Under the pieces are notes generated by a model. The model saw only the letters and a list, made by a program, of their open reading frames with translations. It ran no database searches and was not told where the DNA came from. A stretch of DNA of 63,957 bases, filler included, from Octopus bimaculoides (lineage: Eukaryota), in NCBI RefSeq assembly GCF_001194135.2. It is 4 parts of 4 records of this genome, joined end to end, with 100 filler letters (N's around TTAATTAATTAA, not from the genome) between each part and the next. Parts side by side here need not be neighbours in the genome. Positions count along the whole stretch, not along the records: positions 1 to 30,132 come from NC_068982.1; 3 more parts are not named here. One strand, given 5' to 3'. Positions 1-12,336 of the stretch are shown in pieces. The position numbers and the translations under genes were made by a program. Numbering within the stretch: position 1 is the first letter of the stretch; every line of letters starts with the position of its first letter.

Positions 1-1
1 T

Positions 2-560
2 ACATATGGCTGAACTACTAATTTTAAAAATATAATCTCACACAACACACAAAAACCACAATATGAAACCAACTGTTCATGCAGGGATAAAAATTTGTGC
101 CCGCTAAATGGAGCTTGCATGTCCGAGACCGTCATTTATGAAGCAACCGTAGACTCTATATCCACTAAGGACACAGTTTCGACGAATAAATACGTGGGTC
201 TTACAGAGGGTAATTTCAAGGCCTGGTTCAATAATCACACCTTGAGCTTCAGGCTCTGGGATAAAAGGAAAACGACCAAATTATCCAGTCATATATGGTC
301 CTTAAAAGATAAAGGTGTCAGTTACAAAATCCATTGGAAGATCTTAGCCAAGTGTAAGCTCTACACCAACGGCAGTGGAAAGTGCGATCTTTGTGATATG
401 GAAAGTGCGATCTTTGTGATATGGAAAGTGCGATCTTTGTGATATGGAAAGTGCGATCTTTCTGATATGGAAAGTGCGATCTTTGTGATATGGAAAGATG
501 GCTCATCTGGAAAAGCAGCTTAGATCCCGCCACATGTGACTAAATATTTGTTACGTTTTT
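2..560 (+). mobile_element. Penelope-like element relic, C-terminal GIY-YIG endonuclease region
   Basis: Frame 2 reads TTNFKNIISHN..CSCRDKNLCPLNGACMSETVIYEATV..YVGLTEGNFKAWFNNHTLSF..TTKLSSHIWSLKDK..IHWKIL..CDLCDME. This matches the PLE pattern CxC..CPLxG, VIY/YIG, NHxxSF, LSxHIW, CxLC. After a 23-bp tandem amplification a remnant RHM/KYLL follows. In-frame stop at 11-13. Confidence 0.9.
376..497 (+). repeat. 23-bp minisatellite, 5 copies plus a partial (TGGAAAGTGCGATCTTTGTGATA)
   Basis: Units start at 376, 399, 422, 445 and 468; the fourth has one G>C change; TGGAAAG at 491-497 closes the array. Confidence 0.95.
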
Positions 561-1232
561 GGTCCCCCTAAGTTTACATATAAGACTTTATTTCTATATT
601 GTGTCCACATACAAGCTTTCCATCTCTCTATACTTTTACTTATATTTCTAATATATTTTTAAATATATTTTTTACATATTTATAGAGATATTGGTTTATA
701 GTTTTATTGCTTATATATTTTTTACACATAATTTTTCTGTATTCTATCTTCCACCCTGCATTTTTCCTGTGCGTATATAGACGTGTATATGGAATTTTTT
801 GCGCGCACGTGTGGATGTGGGCGTGTGTGCGAGTATGTGCGTATATAGACATGTGTGCGTGCATGCATGCGAGCATGTGCGTATATAGACTGTTTATCAA
901 CCCTTTTTGTGTGCGCGTGTGTGCGTGCGAGGCTGTATGCGAGTATGTATATGTTTTTTGGCGAATGTGTGGGTGAGCATGTGTGTGTTTCAAGTGAGAG
1001 TGGATGAGTATATAAATATAGGCGCATGAACGTGGGTGTGCGGGCGCGCATGTGCATGTATGTACATACGCGCTTAAGCGATTACTATGAACATTTTTAC
1101 TCCATTACCTTTACTCTCTCCCCTTACTTAGCGATCATTCTAATAGGACTTTTGTCTTAATAACGGTCAATCGCACAGTAATTTCCCTTTGTTTTAACGG
1201 TCATTTTCATAGCATTTTTTTTTCTATGGCTC

Positions 1233-1293
1233 GATAACTGAAGAGATGCCGGCGTGGGTTTCCGCCTCGACATCCGAAACTCGGAGTTTTATC
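1233..1293 (+). ncRNA. Minimal type-I hammerhead ribozyme motif (PLE pLTR-associated)
   Basis: GATAA-CTGAAGA-GATG...CATC-C-GAAA-CTCGGAG-TT-TTATC. Stem I GATAA/TTATC, core CUGANGA and GAAA, short stem III, cleavage triplet GUU. One unpaired C at the base of stem II. Confidence 0.7.
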
Positions 1294-1743
1294 ATGGCTA
1301 CCGAATAACTGTCACATATTATATTTACAGAAATAATATAATATAATATAATATAATATAATATATATATATATATATATANNNNNNNNNNNNNNNNNNN
1401 NNNNNNNNNNNNNNNNNNNNNNNNNNNNNNNNNNNNNNNNNNNNNNNNNNNNNNNNNNNNNNNNNNNNNNNNNNNNNNNNNNNNNNNNNNNNNNNNNNNN
1501 NNNNNNNNNNNNNNNNNNNNNNNNNNNNNNNNNNNNNNNNNNNNNNNNNNNNNNNNNNNNNNNNNNNNNNNNNNNNNNNNNNNNNNNNNNNNNNNNNNNN
1601 NNNNNNNNNNNNNNNNNNNNNNNNNNNNNNNNNNNNNNNNNNNNNNNNNNNNNNNNNNNNNNNNNNNNNNNNNNNNNNNNNNNNNNNNNNNNNNNNNNNN
1701 NNNNNNNNNNNNNNNNNNNNNNNNATATATATATATATATATA

Positions 1744-2113
1744 GGCGAAGCACAGCTGTGTGGTAAGAAGCTTGCTTCCCAGCCACATGGTTCAGGGTTC
1801 AGTCTCACTGCGTGGTACTTTGGCTTCTTTCATAGTCTCGGGGCGACCAAACCTTGTGAGTGAATTTGGTAGGCGGAAACTGAAAATAACCCCGTCATAT
1901 ATATGTATATATATATGGGGGGGGGCGTATTTATGTGTGTTTCTCTGTGTCTGTTTTTCCCTCCCTACCTTATCGCTTGACAACCAATGTTCGGCAAAAG
2001 AGACCGATAGAGTAAGTACCAGGTTTATGAAGAATAAGTCCTGGAGTCGATTTCTTCGACTAAAAAGCGGTGCTCCAGCATGGCGGCACTCAGATGACTG
2101 AAACAAGTAAAAG
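1744..2113 (+). mobile_element. tRNA-derived SINE, family A, near full length
   Basis: A-box-like GCTGTGTGGTAAG, B-box-like GGTTCAGTC, internal (TA/TG) tract, tail GGTGCTCCAGCATGG..ACTGAAACAAGTAAAAGA. Multiple copies occur in this window. Confidence 0.9.
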
Positions 2114-2300
2114 AATGATAGAAAAAGAATATATATATATATAGTGTGTGTGTGTGTGTTAGGGAAGAAGTCAGCAGCAAGAATTTAATGACGCACATAG
2201 GGACGGGGGAAAAGAGGAAAGGGGATGATAGAGTATGAATGAATGCGGGAACGTTGAAAGGACAATGACAAGTAAGAGATGTAATGTAAGAAAATAACAG

Positions 2301-2454
2301 GAATCGACGACAGATACATATGGAAAAGAAGAAATTAAGAAGGAAAGAGAAGAGATAAAGGAAGAAATTCGTACAAGATATCGAAATGTATACGGGGAAC
2401 AATCTGGATCTCGAAGACAAAAGGTGGAAGCAGATTTTGATGACGAGGCAAGAG
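2301..2454 (+). CDS. Candidate internal coding exon, acidic/charged (ESTTDTYGKEEIKKEREEIKEEIRTRYRNVYGEQSGSRRQKVEADFDDEAR)
   Basis: Open frame between CAG|GAA (in-frame TAA just upstream) and a consensus donor AGAG|GTAAGT at 2454/2455. The acceptor lacks a polypyrimidine tract and no homology was recognised. Confidence 0.35.
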
Positions 2455-2661
2455 GTAAGTGTGTGTGTGTGTGTGTGTTTGTGTCTTAGCTCAACAAATG
2501 TAGGCTATGTCCTGGTCGAGGTTTAAAATCTTCCCGGTTTAAAATTTTACCTGTGGATTTTATAATTCTCTACTACTACATTAAATAAAGTTCTACTGAA
2601 ACAAATGTCGTGAATTTTAAACACCATTTGCGTATACATGATGTATAAATAATAATAAGAA

Positions 2662-2878
2662 TCCTTTCTACTGGAGGCACAAGGTTTCAAATTTGGGAGA
2701 AGGCATTAAGTCGATTTACATCGATCCCAGTGCGTAACTGGCACTAATTTTATCGACCCTGAAAGGACGAAAGGCAAAGTCGACCTCGGCGGAATTCGAA
2801 CTCAGAACATAGCGGCAGACGAAATACCGCTAAGCATTTCGCCCGGCGTGCTAACGATTCTGCCATCTCGCTGCCTTA
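2662..2878 (-). mobile_element. tRNA-derived SINE, family B
   Basis: Reverse complement of the GGC-GAG-TGGCAGAATCGTTAGCACGCCGGGCGAAATGCTTAGC..GAGTTCGAATTCC..GCCTTTCGTCCTTTCAGGGTCGATAAA consensus seen in other copies. Confidence 0.9.
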
Positions 2879-2914
2879 TATAAATAATAATAATAATAAT
2901 GATAATAAAAATAA

Positions 2915-3130
2915 TCTATATATATAAAACTGAGGATGTCTGTCTGTCTGTGTGTGGGCTTGCGCATCACGTCAACACTGCTTGTCCGATTTTCACCAAA
3001 TTTCACACACATATGTATTTTGGTCCAAGGAGAATTCCTGGTATGTCGGTGTTACAAATTTTGTTTACTCTGAGCAGAGGATGGGAAAAACCGACTCAAA
3101 AGAGGCATATCTGATCTTATCTCCGGAACG
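2915..3130 (+). mobile_element. Helitron-like non-autonomous element, 5' portion
   Basis: A^TCTATATATATAAAACTGAGGATGTCTGTCTGTCTG..CCGATTTTCACCAAATTT. A related copy starts at about 36126. The 3' end was not identified. Confidence 0.55.
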
Positions 3131-3616
3131 TTACTCACAATTTTGCTCAATTCTGAAATTAACAAGAATTCCCCTCATTTCATCATGATCAAAATACTCT
3201 TTTCATTTCGGAGACTCCAATTCCCAATCCGTATCAGCTTCGCGGTGCCCATCAACAAACCCAAGTGAGAGGGCAGAGAAAAGTGACCTGCTCGAACGGT
3301 GGCTGGTTGAAAAAGGAGGATAATGCCTTAGCTGGACAGCGATCATGTGGTAGGAGAGCGAAAAAGTTTAAGGGGGTAGAAGAACTAAGGAACAGGAGAG
3401 AAGGGAAAGAAATCAAAAGGGACTAAAAAAGAGAGGGAATAGAAGAGAGAGAAAGAGTGAGAGAGCGCGAGCCAGAGAGAGAAAGGGTACTAGGGAGACA
3501 AGCGAAGACGACGGAAAGCAAAGGGATTGAGGAATAAGAGGGAGGTGGGAAAAGGGATTAAGGGATACGATAGAGGGAAGAAGAAATCAAAGGGACTGAA
3601 GAACGAGGGGGAGGGG

Positions 3617-3647
<31 letters not shown>

Positions 3648-5690
3648 AGCGGAATTAAGGAGTACGAGAGAAGGAAAAAGAGATTAAGGAATGCGAAAAA
3701 GGGAACAAAAATCAGAGGGACTGAGGATGAGAGAGAAAGACAAAGAGAGAGAGGGGATGAAACAACAAGGGAGAAAAGTGAAGGAGGAACAAAGGGTAAG
3801 AGTCGTACAAATATTCACACACACATGTATATGTGTGAGTGTGTGTGTGTGAGTGTAAGTGCGTGCGTGCGTGCGTGCGTGTGTGTGTGTGTGTGTGTGA
3901 GTGTGAGTGTATCCGTACGGTGGCTGCTAGCTCCTTGCAGAACATGATCTCTTCTTGTGTCTATAATTGCTCTTTCTTTGTATGAAATTTTAAATAACTT
4001 TTTAAGTCGTGAAAGGCGTTCAAAGAGCTGATCAAATACATTGCATCAATATCTCATTTCCCGCTTCTCGTTTTTTTTTATTATAAATATAAAAGTGCCT
4101 TTTCAATCCTCCACATGACTTGCAGATTTGTTTGTAGCAGACATTGTATTGAAACTGGTCACCCGGAATAAAATTCCGGTAGCTCATGCCTGCCTTGCAA
4201 TCATACGGATGCCGGTGCGACCTCATACCAGCGAGATATATGCATACTTTTGTGCATGAAGAATATTTAAAGAAAGACGGAATGAGAAACTCTCGCAACG
4301 CTATTAATATTATGTATGTATGGATGGATGGATGGATGGGTGCATACATGCATGCATGCATGTATGCATGTATGTATGTATGTATGTATGCATGTATGCA
4401 TGCATGCATACATATTTGTATACAAGTATGCATAGAAATTTCGAAGTTAAAAGCTCCTCTCCGTCTATCTTCCGGTATGTATGTATCAGTATGTGTACCT
4501 CTGCATCTGTGTTGTATATGTGTATGAGTACGTGTACGCATGATCCGTATGAGTATACGAGGCGTTACGGCAGTGAAATGTTGATAATATTAAGGGTAGG
4601 AGTAACTTAACATTGATAGTCTGACCCCATCGAATCATTCAATTAGAACTGACGACAGCAATGTTAGATTTGAGAGCCATTTACAGGAACATTTCAGCTA
4701 ATGACAGCATTCTATGATTGTCTACGAGGGATGACGACGAGTAGATAATAAGCGCAGGCAAGGACGTGAAAGAACGGACAAGAAGAAGCAATTACTGTAT
4801 GTATTTGGAGAGGGAGTGGTATCAAAAATACATTGGGATGAAATGTGTAAGGAAGGATATATTTGGAAGGAGTATCAAAAGTAACAATAAAATAAAACAC
4901 CGTATTTTAGACATGACTTATACAGTGCAAAAATTGGAATAAAATACGCAGTTTTTTTTTATTGGTTTCAATAACTAACTGCGTATATTCTCGGAACATC
5001 ATCATCAGCGCTTTCTGTAGTATATATCAACCTTATTACTCTGACTGGTATAAAGCTGATTTGATCGGCGTCGTGATGCAGGAATGAATAACTGATCAGG
5101 TGTAAAGGTACATACGCGAGACAGAGTAATAAGACAAATTACTTTGTAGCACTCACTGTTCATGTGTGTGCGCGCTCGTATGGATGTGCGTGGGTGAGTG
5201 TGCAAAATATCTAATGAGAAACATTAAAAGCCGTGAAGTAGCGGAGTGGTGACAGCGTCGCATAGTATGCCGTGATGTACTGGCCCTCTGTGATCTAAGT
5301 TCAAATTGCACTAGCGTCAACTTGGCATTTAATCTTTCTGGATCGATAATTAATCCACAAGTATAGCAGTAATAGGCTCGATTCTTCTTTCTTTTTTCTC
5401 TATAAGAAATCTACTGCAGTCAACTATAGAACGGGGTTGTGGTACATCGTTTTTTTCTCGACTGCACCACCGCAATCCCCTTAGAAGTTGAGTTCTGAAG
5501 GAAAAAAAGAAAGAAAAGAAAATCATGGGGAAGTACTCGCATTTTAGGGGAAGGTACTCCACGAATACTTCGACACCAGTACATGAACAGTATATGAATA
5601 CTTCGACTCCAGTTATATTTTTATATAACCTGGGAAAACGCAGATAAAAAACGGACACTTGCGGGGATCCAACTGAGTCAGAATCTAAGT

Positions 5691-6562
5691 CAGTGGTTCT
5701 CAACCATATCTTGATTACTATATCATTCTGGTGGATCCCCATAGCCATTTGATGCTTAAATACAAGATATATACAGGATGGAGCAGAGAGGACGGACGTT
5801 TTTGAAATGGCTATTACTCAACTCCAAGGGGAGGGACATATGTCCGACAGATACCGTTCGATCCGTGGTGTCTTAGCATTTTTTTGTTCTCAAGTGAAGC
5901 CATAGTGCTGTGGACAATAGAGCATCGCGCGTTTTCTTATGACAGTTACGTGAAGAATAACGAGTCTGTCAAGGTAGTTCAGCGTGAGTTTTGGCGTCAC
6001 TTCAACATTCACTGAAATCAGGCTGTTCCCATCCGTAGCACAATCTTACGTTACGTGAATGCATTTCGTACACGAGGTACACTAATGAATAGGAGACCAG
6101 TGGGGACGCCACGAACGGTACGGAACCCGGAAAATGTGGAACGCGTCAGACAAGCTTGCTGAAATGCATCATTAAAAATGGACATCACATGATAGATGTT
6201 TTCCACACTTGATATTGACAAATGCTAATTCAATACGAACACATTGATGTCAATAAAATTTATGTGGAGCTAAAATTAATGATTTTGTGAATTTTTCTTA
6301 AACGTCCGTCCTCTCTACCCTATCCTGTAGTAGATGCCTCTTTCAAGATTCCAATTTTGTTATTCACACATCAACTTGCGCAAGTTAAACTATGTAAAAG
6401 GTTAGAGAACTGTTTCTTGCAATAGATACATTTAGATATAAACTTTTCATCGACACTTAAAATACTACTGTGGACGCCCAGTTTACTATTTTACTAACAT
6501 TGATCCCCATAAATCTTATATGAACCCCCAGGGCTCATATGGGCCCTGGTTTAGAACCACTG
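5691..6562. mobile_element. hAT (Charlie-type) MITE
   Basis: TIRs CAGTGGTTCTCAACC (5691-5705) and GGTTTAGAACCACTG (6548-6562); 8-bp TSD ATCTAAGT (5683-5690) / ATCTAAAT (6563-6570). Confidence 0.9.
5774..6327 (+). mobile_element. Internally deleted Tc1/mariner element nested in the hAT MITE
   Basis: TIRs CAGGATGGAGCAGAGAGGACGGACGTTT / AAACGTCCGTCCTCTCTACCCTATCCTG with TA on both sides. Internal frame WTIEHRAFSYDSYVKNNESVKVVQREFWRHFNIH*NQAVPIRSTILRYVNAFRTRGTLMNRRPVGTPRTVRNPENVERVR resembles a transposase N-terminal HTH. Confidence 0.9.
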
Positions 6563-7067
6563 ATCTAAATGGACATAAGCAAACATCATTTAATATGTCG
6601 GTCTATCGATTTTTCAACCCTTTTCTTCTACAATACTAATTATAGTTATGTATCCCACCTCTTAAAACTTTGTTAGCGTGATATTTCCGGTTTTGTTTAC
6701 CAGTCAAGCTGGATATTTTCTAACCCAAAAGGAGCCAGTAGGTAACTTGTTGTAATCAAAATGAGTCTGAGACAGGTTGGATACCTGACTTACAAACTAT
6801 AAGATTACTGCTTGTTAAATCAAGTGGAAGATGAGACGGAAATCGCTATCATGTTCTCCCAACATACAGAGTAAAATGACAAAACAATATATGTCAAATG
6901 GTGACATACAATCGTGAAATATTAGTTCATTCTAGCAGCAACACTTTTGCTGACAACGTTTTTATCATAAGCTGCACACACACACACACGTGTATATGTG
7001 TGTATGTGTGTGTGTGTGTGTTTGTGTGCGTGTGTGTGTGTGTGTGCGTGTGTGTGTGTGTTTGTAT

Positions 7068-7215
7068 ACTCTTTTACGCTTTTACTCGTTTCAGCTATGC
7101 GGCTGTGGTCATACTAGAACACCAACATGGCGTTTCTGATTTCCTCAGTCTGGGGTGTTTCACATCACCACTCCTGTATGCGCCTTTGTCCCAGCTGTTG
7201 CTCCATTTGATGCAT
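7068..7215 (-). mobile_element. CR1/L2-like LINE 3' end
   Basis: Minus strand reads ATGCATCAAATG (HQM), then the tail GGTGTTCTAGTATGACCACAGCCGCATAGCTGAAACGAGTAAAAG; same architecture as 47295-47570. Confidence 0.65.
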
Positions 7216-7723
7216 NNNNNNNNNNNNNNNNNNNNNNNNNNNNNNNNNNNNNNNNNNNNNNNNNNNNNNNNNNNNNNNNNNNNNNNNNNNNNNNNNNNNN
7301 NNNNNNNNNNNNNNNNNNNNNNNNNNNNNNNNNNNNNNNNNNNNNNNNNNNNNNNNNNNNNNNNNNNNNNNNNNNNNNNNNNNNNNNNNNNNNTATATAT
7401 ATATTTACACACACATACATATATACGCGCATACATAAACACACATATGCATATATACATACATACATGTATACATACATACATATATACATACATACAT
7501 ACATACATACACATATATATATATATATATATACATATATATTGCTAGAAACAAGAGCTAAAAAGCCCTTAGAGTCACAGTAAGCACATATCATATAATA
7601 TGTGTTTACTGCAGCTGTAAGGGGTTTTAGTTCTTATTTCTAGCAACGTATACCCTCAGTCACACCTAGTGACGATTGAATTTTTTCCTGTTTGGTTTCA
7701 TATTGCGTATAGTCGGCTTCAAC

Positions 7724-7766
<43 letters not shown>

Positions 7767-7770
7767 ACAC

Positions 7771-7818
<48 letters not shown>

Positions 7819-8225
7819 GCACGCACATCTAAATCAGAGAGCATTGACTACGCAACAACTGACTGCAGCACCAACGCCATATCTGCACCTCTGCTACCAA
7901 CATATTTGTACGAAAAGCGAGCAAGGGATTCTCTTCTCTTTTACAGGATTGGCTACAAATAACACGCAAATTCTTTCCGGTTCAAATCCCAGTCTAAATT
8001 GACCCATGTAACTAAATAGTCAAAGACTCTGGATCGCAAGCTCCACCCCCACGCACACACGCACACACACACGCACATGCACACGCACACGCACACCTAC
8101 ACATTTATATATATATATGTATATTTATACCTACATGCATACATATAAACATATATGTCTGCGTGTGTGTGTGTCTGTATATATTTGTATAGTACTTGCG
8201 TGTGTATTGTGTATGTGTATATATA

Positions 8226-8335
<110 letters not shown>

Positions 8336-9008
8336 CAGATATATATAAGTATATATACACAGATACGTGTATATATGTATATATACACACACACACACAT
8401 ACATATAAATGTATGTATGCATGTATGCATGAATATATATGTATACACACACACATGTGTGTGTGTGTGTGTGTGTGTGTGTTGTGTTCGTGTGTGTACG
8501 TGTGCGGCGCACATATATAATGTCGTTGAAATCGTTTAATCCCTACGGGCGACATAAGTTAAATCTGTACAACAATGTATGTGGTCCTGCAAGGCATTAA
8601 GTAGGTCAATGCAAGATGCAGAAATCCGGTCACAGGCAGAGTATTCTCTGATGGGACGAATGGCGCTGTGTTGGTCACTTTGCCCTGGTTTTTTACGCTC
8701 TCTCCCCACCGCTTTTTTGCCACTGCAATTTTCAATCCATGCTGTGACTAAGTGTAAGGCTTCATCACTGTCAATACTTTTCCTTGTTTGTCACTTATTT
8801 GCCAATTATAAATGCCAAAATTGTTCATGTTTCCCTTTAAGTTAGTCTTTTAATCACTTACCTTTTTACGATTCTCGTGCGCTTTTCATTTATGCAGCAA
8901 TGAGTAAAACAGTTAATTGTATGGGTAATTGATGAGCGACTTTTCGCACGATAATAGTCCTAATGGCCGCCCATCCAATCTGGTTTGCGCACTCAGACTT
9001 TCATAAAA

Positions 9009-9051
<43 letters not shown>

Positions 9052-9454
9052 NNNNNNNNNNNNNNNNNNNNNNNNNNNNNNNNNNNNNNNNNNNNNNNNN
9101 NNNNNNNNNNNNNNNNNNNNNNNNNNNNNNNNNNNNNNNNNNNNNNNNNNNNNNNNNNNNNNNNNNNNNNNNNNNNNNNNNNNNNNCCATCTTTGGAATG
9201 TGGATAAGGAAAACAATATCATATTTTAAACCTGAGAAATGTGTTGCACAGTTTTACTGTTCTGCTTACAGATTGTATTTGTAATGTGCGAATCAGTTGG
9301 TTGATTTCTTTTTTTGACAATCTAAGCTTATACAGACTGACAGTTAGGCATTTACTTACAAAACCAAATACTCAAATCGTTACTGGTATAAATGTGTAAA
9401 TTTGTAATACAGGATAGAAGCTGAAGTTTGATGTATGTATGTATGTATGTATGT

Positions 9455-9790
9455 ATGTATTTTATTCCTTCTTCGCTTGGTTTCGCAAACGAAAATTATG
9501 AAGGGCATGGGGTCCACATTGTCTGCTGGTACGCTCGTAGCTGACAAGGCCAATGCAGCACAAACGGGCATGTCCGCAGTGGCTGCAGTTGAAGGAGGTC
9601 AGGTCAGGATTTGATGGCGTATTGTTGCGGGTTTTACCTCCTGCACTTTTGTCCTTGAGAGTGGTCCTGCAAGTGTTTTGAAAGGAAGAGACAGCATGGT
9701 TGATGCTGAGATGCCAGGTATCCTCGGCTAGGGTGGACCAGTGGCGAAATTCGATGTGACAAGCACCAAGGGATGTTTACAAATTGTCCT
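9455..9790 (-). mobile_element. RTE (BovB-like) LINE 3' fragment
   Basis: Minus strand reads HIEFRHWSTLA..TWHLSINHAVSSFQNTCRTTLKDK..FNCSHCGHARLCCIGLVSYERT (degenerate C-terminal C2H2-like region), then tail CTTCATAATTTTCGTTTGCGAAACCAAGCGAAGAAG. Confidence 0.75.
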
Positions 9791-10519
9791 TGTATCGCCT
9801 CTTTGTTGCCTCTCTATCGCAATGGTCTGTACAGCCAGCCGTTCAGCGCTATCTTGTGCAGGTGATGAGCGTTTATCATGGAGACAAACCCTGTCTAGCG
9901 ACTAAGCTCTTCAAGGTCGTTCCCCATTATGGCCCATTAATGTTGTAATTTTAACTAACTAAGATTTCTTGCAGTGCAACATCAGCTATTATAGCGCCCA
10001 CGTCAGTTGAGGTTCAGTTCAACTTATGTGACGGTAGTAGAGAATTTGTCGATAGCCTAAAGCTTCACTCTTCTCCAGACGCCGTAAGGCGCCTACACAC
10101 AACGCATGACATACAGATATACATAACGTTCATGAGCGTATTGATAAAAGAGACGATAAAAGTGATTATTAAGCGAAGAAGAATGTCATAAAAGATAGTG
10201 ATGATGACAACCGCAATTATGACAAGAACGATGATGACGAAAATAGGGATGAAGCGGGGGAGAAAGAGGAGAATTTATTTCATTGAAGTTAACTAGCTGA
10301 TAACACGCGGGACAGTGATATATTATGCATGTGAGACAAAATTCAGAACCTCTCTTACCACTAAAAAAATACAACTAGTTGACTTTCTTTTTTATTAAAT
10401 TGCTTCAGATTAGTTTATTTAATTATCCATTATATTTTTCTGTCGAATATTCAACGGAATATACTCAATTTGTTGGAAAATACCCAAATGACTCTTACGG
10501 AAGAAATGTCCTACATAAG

Positions 10520-10862
10520 TGTAGGACATAACCTGATGGTTTCGGGTTCGGTCTCACTGCAAGGCACCTCGAGCAAGTGTGTTCTACCATACCTCCGGGC
10601 TGACTAATTCTTTGTGAGTGAATTTAGTAGACGGAAATTGTGTGTGTTTATATTTGTGTCTTTGTGTTTGTGTATGTAGCTCGTAACCACTTGTCAACAA
10701 GTGTTGGTTGGTTTGCGTGACCGTAACTTAGCGGTTTCACAAAAGGGAGTGATAAATAAGTACCTTAAAAAATAAGTTACTGGGGTCGATTTTTTTTCTA
10801 CGAAATACTGCAAGGCGGTGCCCCGGCATGGCCGTATTCCAATAACTAAAACAAGTCAAATA
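10520..10862 (+). mobile_element. SINE family A, diverged
   Basis: GGTTTCGGGTTCGGTCTCACTG..GTAGACGGAAA..GCGGTGCCCCGGCATGGCCG..AAACAAGT. Confidence 0.85.
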
Positions 10863-11150
10863 AAAAAAATGAATAAATATATATTTACTGAGACATCATC
10901 ATGCATGGGTTAATTGAAACAGATTATTTGAGACTGGGATTAGCTAAGACAGCATAAAAGGACGCAGATTAGTAACAACAAGCATTTCTAGATGGAGTAT
11001 CCTGTGATAGATGTTAGATAAAATAATTTCCTATAGTTTAGGCACATGTCTTGTAAGACCCATCAAAGACTGAAGTCATTCATGGTTTCGATCATATATC
11101 TCGGAATGTAAACACACCTACACCGGTTGTCAAGGGGTGGAGAGAAACAA

Positions 11151-11208
<58 letters not shown>

Positions 11209-11525
11209 NNNNNNNNNNNNNNNNNNNNNNNNNNNNNNNNNNNNNNNNNNNNNNNNNNNNNNNNNNNNNNNNNNNNNNNNNNNNNNNNNNNNNNNNNNNN
11301 NNNNNNNNNNNNNNNNNNNNNNNNNNNNNNNNNNNNNNNNNNNNNNNNNNNNNNNNNNNNNNNNNNNNNNNNNNNNNNNNNNNNNNNNNNNNNNNNNNNN
11401 NNNNNNNNNNNNNNNNNNNNNNNNNNNNNNNNNNNNNNNNNNNNNNNNNNNNNNNNNNNNNNNNNNNNNNNNNNNNNNNNNNNNNNNNNNNNNNNNNNNN
11501 NNNNNNNNNNNNNNNNNNNNNNNNN

Positions 11526-11595
<70 letters not shown>

Positions 11596-11984
11596 AATAT
11601 ATATATATATGAAGAATGTTGACGAGAAAGAGGAATCCAGTTAATTATAATAATTAGCAGTAGTTTTCATTGTTGTTGTTGTTGTTGGTGATGAGTAGTT
11701 GTGATACCATTGTAGGTGGTGATGGTGTAGAAGAAATACAAATGAAATTCCTTTTAGCATGGATAGGAAGTGAACTATGTGAGATAACATCGTTAAGATA
11801 AACAGTCAAGGCAATAATACTGATGAGCAAGATGGCTGTTGTGATTACATAGTTGATTTTCAATTAATTTTCCTCTCAGAAAACAAATAAATAAACGAAT
11901 AAATAGAAATAAAACTTGTTCACGTATAACTTGTACGCAAATACGTTTATATATACATATATGTATATGGATTTCATGTTTTGG

Positions 11985-12110
11985 AACAAGGCCAGCAATT
12001 TCGGAGGGGCGTGTAAGTCGATTACATCGACTTCAACACTCAACTGGTACTTACTTTATTGATTCCAAAAGGATGAAGGGCAAAGTCGGCTCCGGCGGTA
12101 TTTGAACTCA
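11985..12110 (-). mobile_element. SINE family B, partial
   Basis: AAGGCCAGCAATTTCGG..GTCGATTACATCGAC..AAAGGATGAAGGGCAAAGTCG..TTTGAACTCA. Confidence 0.8.
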
Positions 12111-12258
12111 ATACCTGTGTGTAATAAAATATAAAAACACTTCTTCGTGTCATACTCTGAATACATGACGTCTATCTATCTATCTATCTATCTATCTACC
12201 TATCTATCTATCTATCAATCAACTTTATTTTCTCCTCCACTCTTTATATATGCATATA

Positions 12259-12311
<53 letters not shown>

Positions 12312-12336
12312 GTGCGATATATATAGAGAGGGATAA

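Noticed and set aside
4032-4260. Cys-containing minus ORF segment (YDCKAGMSY..VCYKQICKSCGG) as a toxin-like peptide
   Set aside because: No signal peptide or splice support, and the frame is entered through a microsatellite.
5350-5748. 132-aa minus-strand ORF
   Set aside because: It overlaps the hAT TIR, has no recognisable domain and includes a low-complexity F/S stretch.
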